A stretch of 31,244 nucleotides of DNA from a virus. Numbering within the stretch: position 1 is the first letter of the stretch; every line of letters starts with the position of its first letter. The notes beneath the pieces are model-generated. The model saw only the letters and a list, made by a program, of their open reading frames with translations, made no database searches and was not told the DNA's origin. The stretch lies in the IMG/VR virus record IMGVR_UViG_3300006733_000010. One strand, given 5' to 3'. A program made the position numbers and the translations under genes. Shown in pieces: positions 15,084 through 22,178 of this stretch.

Positions 15084-15272
15084 ATGAAAAATAGCAAAAA
15101 TAGATATCTAATTACAAGACTATTGTTTTTTGGAATAATGTTTGCGTCCCTTGCAGGTGTTATTATCTTAAATAAACCAATTACAGCAATTGTAGCAGCA
15201 TTAACTTATCTGTTCATTATGAGTGGATTTTGTTTGATAGTTGCAAGCGAAAAAAATGAAAAAATTATATAA
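15084..15272 (+). CDS. Two-TM membrane protein, 62 aa
   Basis: Track ORF with GAGAGGT SD. Confidence 0.55.
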   Translation: MKNSKNRYLITRLLFFGIMFASLAGVIILNKPITAIVAALTYLFIMSGFCLIVASEKNEKII

Positions 15273-15411
15273 AAATATAAAAAATTATATAAAAAAATAT
15301 AATATTATATATAATAATATTACGGGGGGGGTTGTGGTAGGTGTGCATTCCCGTAGGATGTACAGTACAGGACTGTACATATACTAAAAACATACACCAC
15401 ACACAGGCCAA
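15273..15411. promoter_or_regulatory. Long intergenic region: pure A/T tract with direct repeats, G8 run, GT/CA-rich arms and a 9-bp hairpin
   Basis: An A/T-only stretch of ~68 nt (15255-15322) contains aaaattatataaaaa twice. G8 at 15324-15331. Hairpin atgtacagt-acagg-actgtacat at 15358-15380. Confidence 0.5.
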
Positions 15412-15669
15412 ATGACAAAGAATATCCACACCACTCTCGACGAGGAGACCTACAAACTAGCCGTAGCGCATGACATCCATTGGTTCCAGGCTCTAAAAGT
15501 TGGAATTGAGATTATGGCTGGAACACCCAAAGAAAAGGCTGATCTGCTCGAAATTCGTGCAAAAACCGCTGCAAAATTGGCCTATTTTGACGCAGAATTG
15601 GCAAAAATTAACGAAAAAGAGGAAAAAATCGCAGAAAAAAGGAAAAAAAACGTATATTTAACCTTTTAA
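15412..15669 (+). CDS. RHH-like DNA-binding protein with coiled-coil tail, 85 aa
   Basis: MTKNIHTTLDEETYKLAVAHDIHWFQALKVGIEIMAG, then a helical Lys/Glu-rich tail. Confidence 0.5.
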   Translation: MTKNIHTTLDEETYKLAVAHDIHWFQALKVGIEIMAGTPKEKADLLEIRAKTAAKLAYFDAELAKINEKEEKIAEKRKKNVYLTF

Positions 15670-15688
15670 TGAATATATATATTGGAAA

Positions 15689-15952
15689 ATGCAGATTAAA
15701 AACACTGAATTATTAAGGCCCGAAGCATATTGGCAGGTATTGCTCAATAATGAAGAAATAGATAAAAAACAATGCAAGATCTGCCACACTCACTTTAGCA
15801 TTGGTGAAATAGTATATTTATGTGAATATTGTAAGGGAAAAACAATATTCCATAGGAAATGCATTGAAAACTTCAGGGACCCTGATGCATTCATATGTAA
15901 ACATAGGTTAGAGGAGTACCAATTCTTTTGTGGTGCTATTATAGAAGAATGA
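15689..15952 (+). CDS. Cross-brace (PHD/RING-like) zinc-binding protein, 87 aa
   Basis: C29-x2-C32-x12-C45-x2-C48-x6-H55-x2-C58-x11-C70-x-H72, counted in the track translation. Confidence 0.55.
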   Translation: MQIKNTELLRPEAYWQVLLNNEEIDKKQCKICHTHFSIGEIVYLCEYCKGKTIFHRKCIENFRDPDAFICKHRLEEYQFFCGAIIEE

Positions 15953-16215
15953 CAAAAAATCTATTATATCAGTTAAACAAACAGCAAATCGCCATACTTT
16001 TAATGGCATGGACAGCCATATCCAACCTAATATTATTATTGTTATGGTTCTCACAAAGCAATATACTATCTTGGCCAATAATTACTCTTATAATCAATAA
16101 TATTGCTGTGGTAACGCTTACAATGCGTTTAAAACAACACTATGAACATCTTTTGGAGGTGGAGAATGGGTACAATCTCTTACAAAGAACAGCAAAAGAA
16201 CAAGACAATGAATGA
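15949..16215 (+). CDS. Two-TM membrane protein, 88 aa (ATGA-coupled start)
   Basis: IAILLMAWTAISNLILLLLWF / WPIITLIINNIAVVTLTM. Confidence 0.55.
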   Translation: MTKNLLYQLNKQQIAILLMAWTAISNLILLLLWFSQSNILSWPIITLIINNIAVVTLTMRLKQHYEHLLEVENGYNLLQRTAKEQDNE

Positions 16216-16306
16216 TTACGATGATACACTATGGAAATGCGGGGATTGCGGCAATTTCCAGGATATTAGCACAGATGTGTGTGAGGTTTGTGGGAATGAA
16301 CGTTAA
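16208..16306 (+). CDS. 32-aa zinc-ribbon protein (alternative start 16166)
   Basis: Not in the track. MNDYDDTLWKCGDCGNFQDISTDVCEVCGNER (CxxC-x10-CxxC). Confidence 0.5.
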   Translation: MNDYDDTLWKCGDCGNFQDISTDVCEVCGNER

Positions 16307-16345
16307 CTACGAAGGTTATTGGGAAAGGAGAAAGAGGGAGAGGAG

Positions 16346-16495
16346 ATGAAAGAGGAAAGAGATTACAATGTAACTAAGCAAAGTATAACCAATAATGCGT
16401 TTGCATTTGTGATATGGGTGTCTGCAATAGCAATTGCTATTTTAGTAATGTTAGTAGTCTTAGAGGTAACTCTGAGAGTTTTAAGGGTGGTTTAG
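16346..16495 (+). CDS. 49-aa single-TM protein
   Basis: Not in the track. GAGGGAGAGGAGATG; its stop abuts the next ATG. Confidence 0.5.
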   Translation: MKEERDYNVTKQSITNNAFAFVIWVSAIAIAILVMLVVLEVTLRVLRVV

Positions 16496-16726
16496 ATGAA
16501 ACAACAAAAAGGAAAGATTAGTGATGGGTTTAAGATAATAGTTGATATAATATGTTTTGCATCAGTAATGACATTTGCAAACTATGGATATATCCGTTTC
16601 TTTGGATTCAATCTGATTACTTGTGCTACCATGGCTACTATGTCAATGTTTATTGGAGCAACTTTTGGTATGATATACTATCAAAAAGGAAAGATAAGAC
16701 AACTTGAAGATCAACTAAAAAGTTGA
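16496..16726 (+). CDS. Two-TM membrane protein, 76 aa
   Basis: Track ORF. Confidence 0.55.
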   Translation: MKQQKGKISDGFKIIVDIICFASVMTFANYGYIRFFGFNLITCATMATMSMFIGATFGMIYYQKGKIRQLEDQLKS

Positions 16727-16737
16727 TGGAGGTAAAA

Positions 16738-17037
16738 ATGGACATGACAAAATACCTGGAGTCTACAGTGACATTAGACGTTGTTAGGTCGAGTCCGACA
16801 AAGAGTATAGTGTTTGTATCTGCTGGAGTAGAGAAGCCGATGCAGGACGGTAAAATGAAACCGTCGTTTGTGGTGGATATGGATGGGAAACAGCTAAACT
16901 ATATCCCAAATAAGACAACAATAAAAAGACTGGCTGCGGCGTATGGAAAAGATAGCGGACAGTGGGTAGGAAAAACAATGAAGGTAGAGTGTGGTTTAGT
17001 TAACCAGAAGGACGCAATACTGGGTACACCTCAATAG
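16738..17037 (+). CDS. Soluble beta-rich protein, 99 aa (possible OB-like fold)
   Basis: Track ORF 16723 trimmed to the Met behind GGAGGT. Contains ..PSFVVDMDGKQLNYIPNKTTIKRLAAAYGKDSGQWVGKTMKVE.. Confidence 0.55.
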   Translation: MDMTKYLESTVTLDVVRSSPTKSIVFVSAGVEKPMQDGKMKPSFVVDMDGKQLNYIPNKTTIKRLAAAYGKDSGQWVGKTMKVECGLVNQKDAILGTPQ

Positions 17038-17048
17038 AGTGTGAGTCC

Positions 17049-17086
17049 ATCCAATAAGGGGTTTCCCCAATGATCCCCTGTTGGAT
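17049..17086 (+). terminator. 12-bp stem hairpin after the stop codon
   Basis: atccaataagggg pairs with cccctgttggat (one bulge, one G-U) around a 13-nt loop. Confidence 0.4.
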
Positions 17087-17162
17087 TCCCTTAAATTATG
17101 TTCAATGAAAAAATGAGAACCTATAAGATAGAATCGTCGTCAGACGGAAAGAGTGATAGAAA

Positions 17163-17330
17163 ATGACCACTAATCTGGAAAAGTTCCACTATACAATGAC
17201 TCATGATGAGTTTGGTAAAGGAGGATTACCAAATAACTATTACATACTCTTTGGGTTAATGTTCATATGGATGTCAATAGTTATTGTTGGAGGGATAGGT
17301 TTTTTATTGGTGATAAGCCGATTACTTTGA
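17163..17330 (+). CDS. 55-aa single-TM protein
   Basis: Not in the track. ..NNYYILFGLMFIWMSIVIVGGIGFLLVISRLL. Confidence 0.4.
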   Translation: MTTNLEKFHYTMTHDEFGKGGLPNNYYILFGLMFIWMSIVIVGGIGFLLVISRLL

Positions 17331-17332
17331 AA

Positions 17333-17542
17333 ATGAAATGTACTAAGTGTGGAGAACAGATATTAAGTCTAACAAAAGAAGGCGAAAAGTTTTTAGAAGA
17401 ATTAGGTTACTCAAAAACTTCACTTAATAGCAGTTTCACAACAGATTGCTATGATGACGATTGTAAAATTAAACCTAGAATATATAAAGATAACCAATGT
17501 TTATCAACTGTATGTAAAGATAGAAAATGCAGTCCGTCGTGA
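17333..17542 (+). CDS. Cys-rich zinc-ribbon protein, 69 aa
   Basis: Track ORF 17267 trimmed. MKCTKCGEQ...CYDDDC...CLSTVCKDRKC. Confidence 0.5.
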   Translation: MKCTKCGEQILSLTKEGEKFLEELGYSKTSLNSSFTTDCYDDDCKIKPRIYKDNQCLSTVCKDRKCSPS

Positions 17543-17577
17543 GAACTGCATCTATTATGTTCAATGAGGTTTTCAAA

Positions 17578-17751
17578 ATGGAAGAAAAGATATTTTATGT
17601 TGAAGCTGTAAATGAAATGTGTATCAATTGTTATCATATCAAAGCTAAGGATATCAATGATGCCAAATCCAAAGTATTCAATTATCATCTAAAGATGAAA
17701 GAGCAACCAAGTGTGATAAATATAGAACAGATTTTATTAACAAAAATGTAG
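17578..17751 (+). CDS. 57-aa hypothetical protein
   Basis: Track ORF 17527 trimmed to the Met behind the conserved leader ttcaatGAGGTtttcaaaATG, which is shared with 18807. Confidence 0.5.
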   Translation: MEEKIFYVEAVNEMCINCYHIKAKDINDAKSKVFNYHLKMKEQPSVINIEQILLTKM

Positions 17752-17847
17752 TCGAAGAGAAAAGAAGTTGAAATTAATAGCAATGCTATATATGGGAACT
17801 TATACGCAATCGTTCCTACGGAACGACTTTAAACCCCCAGAACTAAA

Positions 17848-17976
17848 ATGGAAAAAGAAGATAAGTTTGATGCAACAGGAAAAATGATTGAATTTAGTGA
17901 AAAGTTTTGGTGTATATATATGCCCTTTTACTTATTATTATTTACAATTTGTGTCTTTTTATTATTAATAAAATGA
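17848..17976 (+). CDS. 42-aa single-TM protein
   Basis: Not in the track. Its stop overlaps the next ATG (ATGAATG). Confidence 0.4.
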   Translation: MEKEDKFDATGKMIEFSEKFWCIYMPFYLLLFTICVFLLLIK

Positions 17977-18143
17977 ATGAAAAAGTTTTAAGAGAAAAAA
18001 TCGGATTTGCAATAGAAAACTCAGATGGAGTAGATATAATTATTAAAATAATTAAAATGGAGATTAGAAAAGTCTGTAATAGGGTGAACAAATGTTATGA
18101 AAAGAATTGGATTAATGGGAATCCACTCGGAACTGGAATTTGA
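17973..18143 (+). CDS. 56-aa hypothetical protein
   Basis: Track ORF 17907 trimmed to the first ATG. Confidence 0.45.
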   Translation: MNEKVLREKIGFAIENSDGVDIIIKIIKMEIRKVCNRVNKCYEKNWINGNPLGTGI

Positions 18144-18161
18144 ACATTAACATTATACAAA

Positions 18162-18425
18162 ATGAAAAAAATCACTTTAATTGGATTGTGTATCCTAACA
18201 TTGTTATTTGTTAATGGATGTAAAAAAATGGATGATTATTGTGATAATAAAGTTAAATGTATGGAAAATATTGCTAGAGAACATTGTAAAGAAAATGATT
18301 GCATAGTTATAGATGTGGGCAATATGTTATGTGGAAAACAAACAACAATTTTAAATAAGAAAACTAGAGAGAAAATTGACTTCCATTTTTTACCAGAGGA
18401 TTACGACAGATGTGGATTGTCGTGA
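18162..18425 (+). CDS. Cys-rich lipoprotein, 87 aa
   Basis: MKKITLIGLCILTLLFVNGC lipobox. Confidence 0.6.
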   Translation: MKKITLIGLCILTLLFVNGCKKMDDYCDNKVKCMENIAREHCKENDCIVIDVGNMLCGKQTTILNKKTREKIDFHFLPEDYDRCGLS

Positions 18426-18500
18426 TTTTTTTCACTAAGTGCTGCTTGTGCAGGAGGTGCAATTCACGTTTAGCATTATGTTCAATAGTCAAAACCAAAA

Positions 18501-18704
18501 ATGAATTTAGAAATAAAGAAACATCTTAGAAGAGAAGTTAAGTTGTTAAAGGAATGTATAATAAGCCAAGAACTTGAAATAGGTAAACATAACAAAGAAA
18601 TACAGAGGATTGAAAAAGAGATTAAAAGCTATAGAACGCAGTTAAGAGACCTATGTAGGGGCTTACGAAAAGAAGATAGAAAAGAAATAGGTTTTGACTA
18701 CTAA
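18501..18704 (+). CDS. Coiled-coil protein, 67 aa
   Basis: Track ORF. Confidence 0.5.
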   Translation: MNLEIKKHLRREVKLLKECIISQELEIGKHNKEIQRIEKEIKSYRTQLRDLCRGLRKEDRKEIGFDY

Positions 18705-18806
18705 ACATAATTAATGTTAAACTCGGAACTGGAATTTGAACATTGACAGCGATTAAATTCAATAGTTACTGGATTTGATTGTTATGGTGTTCAACGAGGT
18801 TTTCAA

Positions 18807-19037
18807 ATGAACAAAGAAATAACAAGATTACAAAAAGAGAATAAAAGATTAAGTTATGATATTAAGTCATTTGATGAATGGCAAAGAGACCCAGAAAACA
18901 TAGATTTAAGAAGAATATTTGATGTTTTCGCACAATCAATATGTGATGATTGGGATATGGGTTGTATGATAGTAGCTTACGCAAAGAATAGAGCAATTAT
19001 AGAATATTTAAGAAAGAAAGCGAAATTAAAACTTTAA
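18807..19037 (+). CDS. Hypothetical protein, 76 aa
   Basis: Track ORF with the conserved leader ttcaacGAGGTtttcaaATG. Confidence 0.55.
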   Translation: MNKEITRLQKENKRLSYDIKSFDEWQRDPENIDLRRIFDVFAQSICDDWDMGCMIVAYAKNRAIIEYLRKKAKLKL

Positions 19038-19050
19038 ATCGTGACTAAAC

Positions 19051-19344
19051 ATGAAAGACAAAGAAAAGATAATTAAATTCCTACAGAAGAAATATGGCTA
19101 CAAAACTATAAGGAGAAATGGATATATTAGACCAATGTATCCAAAAACCCTTAATAAGAGAATTGAGAAGGCAGTAAATCATTTCCTTCTTTTTTATGAT
19201 GAAGATAAAGAAGAATTAAAAAAAGAAATTAAAAGATTAGAGACAAAATATAGGGATTATCAAAAATGGGCTTTTGAATTTATAAGAAATAATGGATTAG
19301 AAGATAAATATAAAAAAGAATGTTTAAAGGAGTTGATAGTTTAG
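19051..19344 (+). CDS. Hypothetical protein, 97 aa
   Basis: Track ORF. Confidence 0.5.
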   Translation: MKDKEKIIKFLQKKYGYKTIRRNGYIRPMYPKTLNKRIEKAVNHFLLFYDEDKEELKKEIKRLETKYRDYQKWAFEFIRNNGLEDKYKKECLKELIV

Positions 19345-19391
19345 TTACGGTTTAATCACTATCATAAAAATTATGAGGAAATTTATAAGAA

Positions 19392-19640
19392 ATGAATTGT
19401 CATAAAAAATGCGAAAATTATAAACTAATCACTGTGTCAGGAGGAGAAGAACAGTTCAAGATGAAAAGAATAAACATTTGGGACTTATGGGAAAGAGAAT
19501 GGGCAAACGCATATAGGTTTTTCAACAGCAAAGGAAATGTTGACACAAAGTCAAGACATAAAGACAGATGGTACAATGATTTCAAGAAAATGTTAATCGA
19601 GTTAGAGACTACATTTACTGAGAATTTTGATAAAAAATGA
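19392..19640 (+). CDS. Hypothetical protein, 82 aa
   Basis: Track ORF. Its stop overlaps the next ATG. Confidence 0.5.
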   Translation: MNCHKKCENYKLITVSGGEEQFKMKRINIWDLWEREWANAYRFFNSKGNVDTKSRHKDRWYNDFKKMLIELETTFTENFDKK

Positions 19641-19957
19641 TTCAAGAAATAAAGACAATGTTACATCAAGAGATTAAGAGTTTTATGCTAAAAGAGCTAT
19701 ATAACCATAGGAAGAGAAAAGAAGGACTAATATCTTTACAAAATGATTTGATTGGAGATATAGATAGATTCCTAACTGATTGGGAAGAAACAGAAGATTC
19801 TTATCTATCTTTAACAATAAAGACTGGTGGATTTAAACATAATGACAGTACTAAGAAGGACTGTCCTCTTTGTAAAGGTGAAATGTTCAGGGTTGATGGA
19901 TTGTACTACTGTAAAAACAAGAAGTGCAAACATTATCGAGGTAACTGCGAAGGATAA
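19637..19957 (+). CDS. Protein with C-terminal zinc ribbon, 106 aa
   Basis: ..CPLCKGEMFRVDGLYYCKNKKCKH.. Confidence 0.55.
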   Translation: MIQEIKTMLHQEIKSFMLKELYNHRKRKEGLISLQNDLIGDIDRFLTDWEETEDSYLSLTIKTGGFKHNDSTKKDCPLCKGEMFRVDGLYYCKNKKCKHYRGNCEG

Positions 19958-20153
19958 AATGTCTGGCAGCCGCTTTGGAAGAAGTGTCGTGCACATCGCC
20001 TTTCATACTAAACCCGCAAGAGTTACTGGATTTAATCATTGCACTAAGTGCGAAAGGTTCAGGAGAAGAAGGTGTGTCTAGGCACCCCGAACTCCGCTAG
20101 ATTCAAACCTCGCAAGACTTGGTGTTAAGGATGGTTTACAGACGGAGGGGAGA

Positions 20154-20567
20154 ATGAACTTTTTAAAATCACTTTGCGGAAAGAAGATAAGAAGAATCTG
20201 TTGGGATAGTGAACTGTACCTATATGAAGGTCAAGATAATTGTTTGCATTGGCAAGATGGCACAACATATTATGGAAATACAAAGGCTTTTTTAGCTGAT
20301 GATTGGGAAATAATAAAAGAGAAAAAGACATTAAGTGATAAGGTGTTTGATGACTCACCAGAATATCATAGCATAAGAAAGTTATATGTAATAGATGTTA
20401 AAGAAGCGATTGAAAAGTTTATTGATTGGTTATTTGAAGAGAAAAACAAGCTCAGGGTTGATAAAGATAGAATCGAAACTATGGAAAAAGCAAAAGAGAT
20501 ATTCGGGGAGAAACTGATGTCAAGAACAGAAATAAGGAGAAGAATTGCTGATGAGGTAGATAACTGA
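20154..20567 (+). CDS. Protein with N-terminal DUF2829 (Tad2-like) domain, 137 aa
   Basis: MNFLKSLCGKKIRRICWDSELYLYEG...TKAFLADDWEIIKE matches the family hallmarks as I remember them: GKK-x-RR-x-x-W near the N-terminus and (L)A-x-DWEI at the domain end. GGAGGGGAGA SD. Confidence 0.55.
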   Translation: MNFLKSLCGKKIRRICWDSELYLYEGQDNCLHWQDGTTYYGNTKAFLADDWEIIKEKKTLSDKVFDDSPEYHSIRKLYVIDVKEAIEKFIDWLFEEKNKLRVDKDRIETMEKAKEIFGEKLMSRTEIRRRIADEVDN

Positions 20568-20695
20568 TGTATATACAAGATACTACATATTTAGGAATAT
20601 GTATCTTATTATTATTGAATGAACTTAAAAAGTTGCTTAAAGATAAATTAGACTAAAAAAGAGCAGAAGTAGAAATTATTTGGAATAGAGGAAAG

Positions 20696-20878
20696 ATGAA
20701 AACAAAAAAAGAAATCAAGATGTTGTCATTGGAGTTGACAAAGAGAATCATGCTCCACGAGATAACTTACAAACAAGCTTTTAATGAATTGTTCTATGAA
20801 ATCAATAAGATAAAAGTACCGAAGACATTGAACGTGAAGGATAAGCTAATCAGTTTGAGAGGTAAGTCAATCAACTAA
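20696..20878 (+). CDS. Hypothetical protein, 60 aa
   Basis: Track ORF. Confidence 0.45.
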   Translation: MKTKKEIKMLSLELTKRIMLHEITYKQAFNELFYEINKIKVPKTLNVKDKLISLRGKSIN

Positions 20879-20879
20879 G

Positions 20880-21053
20880 ATGAAAGCCAAATTATCTTGG
20901 AACTGTGATTTTTGCGGCAAGCCTGAGATAACAATCAGTCTGGCTGGAATATTGTATTGCGGGAATTGCAGGAAAAGTTATGGGGAACAAATAAGTCGAG
21001 GAGGGATAGAAAATGAAGGACATCGAGGAACAAATAAAAGAATTGGACAATAA
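20880..21053 (+). CDS. 57-aa zinc-ribbon protein
   Basis: Not in the track. MKAKLSWNCDFCGKPEITISLAGILYCGNCRKSY.. Confidence 0.45.
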   Translation: MKAKLSWNCDFCGKPEITISLAGILYCGNCRKSYGEQISRGGIENEGHRGTNKRIGQ

Positions 21054-21381
21054 GCGTAACAAACTTATTGAGAAATTGGAGAAAGAGAAATCAAAAGGCA
21101 TGAAATATGTCATGGTAAGAACATACTCTGCAGGGGTTTTCGCAGGATTTCTTTTTAGAAAAGATGGAAAGGAAGTTACATTGAAAGACGCTAGAAGAAT
21201 ATGGTATTGGGATGGTGCGGCTAGTTTAAGCGAGTTAGCAACAAGGGGAACTTCAAAACCAGAATCGTGTAAATTTCCTGTAGAAGTTCCAGAAGTGATT
21301 TTGACAGAAGTTATAGAAATAATCCCAGTAAGCAAAGAAGCACAGAGGTCAATAAAAGGAGTCGGAGTTTGGAGTAAATAA
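21013..21381 (+). CDS. Hypothetical protein, 122 aa: coiled-coil N-terminus plus a conserved-looking core
   Basis: Track ORF. Core VRTYSAGVFAGFL..ARRIWYWDGAASLSELA. No family name assigned with confidence. Confidence 0.6.
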   Translation: MKDIEEQIKELDNKRNKLIEKLEKEKSKGMKYVMVRTYSAGVFAGFLFRKDGKEVTLKDARRIWYWDGAASLSELATRGTSKPESCKFPVEVPEVILTEVIEIIPVSKEAQRSIKGVGVWSK

Positions 21382-21382
21382 T

Positions 21383-21580
21383 ATGTCTTACGAAGATAAT
21401 AAGTCTGGCGATGGCTCTGGCTATGGCTCTGGCTCTGGCTATGGCTCTGGCTCTGGCTATGGCTCTGGCGATGGCTCTGGCTCTGGCTATGGCTCTGGCT
21501 ATGGCTCTGGCGATGGCGATGGCTCTGGCTCTGGCTCTGGCGATGGCGATGGCTATGGCTCTGGCTCTGGCTATGGCTAA
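21383..21580 (+). CDS. 65-aa low-complexity Gly/Ser/Tyr/Asp repeat protein
   Basis: MSYEDNKSGDGSGYGSGSGYGSGSGYGSGDGSGSGYGSGYGSGDGDGSGSGSGDGDGYGSGSGYG. Its ATG is 2 nt after the previous stop. Coding strand chosen by operon context. Confidence 0.5.
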   Translation: MSYEDNKSGDGSGYGSGSGYGSGSGYGSGDGSGSGYGSGYGSGDGDGSGSGSGDGDGYGSGSGYG

Positions 21581-21607
21581 TGGAAATGATTGATGAGGAA
21601 ATCAAGA

Positions 21608-21820
21608 ATGAAAATAAGAATAGAAAAAGGGACAGATTATTGGCATCTCTATTTAAATGATGAACAAATTGGCTGCAGCAGTTTTAATGATATCATGAAA
21701 AGAGTTGAAGCATTATTCAGGATAGCAGAAGAGAAGTTTCCTACCAAATTGAAAGCAGGCTGCAATGAAATAAGAGTTAAAGTAGGCAATATAGAATTCG
21801 AGATGAAGGGAGGCTGTTGA
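21608..21820 (+). CDS. Hypothetical protein, 70 aa (track ORF 21590)
   Basis: GAGGAaatcaagaATG. Confidence 0.5.
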   Translation: MKIRIEKGTDYWHLYLNDEQIGCSSFNDIMKRVEALFRIAEEKFPTKLKAGCNEIRVKVGNIEFEMKGGC

Positions 21821-22032
21821 TAAGTAGATTAAAGATGAAGTTGACTAATAGGATAAATGGGGTTTTTGCATTAATGTTCTTAGGAATACATTTCGTCGTC
21901 TGTATAATGGTGATATGTATGATTGCAATGTACTATGCAATACTGGAAATACCACTTATCATCTTTAAGAAGAAAACATTACAGCAATCAGTCGGATCAA
22001 TATCAAGAAAGTTAGGCGGTGATATAAGGTGA
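21817..22032 (+). CDS. Two-TM membrane protein (alternative ATG at 21835)
   Basis: Track ORF. GVFALMFLGIHFVVCIMVICMIAMYYAILEIPLIIF. Confidence 0.5.
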   Translation: MISRLKMKLTNRINGVFALMFLGIHFVVCIMVICMIAMYYAILEIPLIIFKKKTLQQSVGSISRKLGGDIR

Positions 22033-22178
22033 AATATGAAATAGGAACAAGTCCTTATATGAGGTTCTGTAAATATAAATATTGCAGAAATTCACCTAAC
22101 CTAAATGGTTATTGTGATGAACATAAATACGAATGGCTTGTCGATATAAAAGGCAGCAAGAGGCTTAATGATGATTAG
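22029..22178 (+). CDS. Possible 49-aa CCCH zinc-binding protein (GTG start)
   Basis: Not in the track. ..RFCKYKYCRNSPNLNGYCDEHKYEW.. Confidence 0.3.
   Translation: MKYEIGTSPYMRFCKYKYCRNSPNLNGYCDEHKYEWLVDIKGSKRLNDD

Noticed and set aside
18120-18150. tRNA-like T-arm (ggaatttgaaca / attcaaacc) in the repeated intergenic blocks
   Set aside because: No acceptor, anticodon or D arms can be folded around them. The stems are too short, and I could fold no cloverleaf anywhere in the window.
19827-20081. 84-aa plus ORF, including a possible 39-aa ORF from 19959
   Set aside because: The first half is out of frame within ORF 19637..19957. The second half runs through intergenic blocks that are repeated in non-coding contexts elsewhere.
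20892-21605. 237-aa minus-strand ORF (SQSHSQSH...), and 21411..21593(+) (ALAMALA...)
   Set aside because: It spans three well-supported plus genes in antisense, and its length is inflated by the stop-free GSGY DNA repeat.
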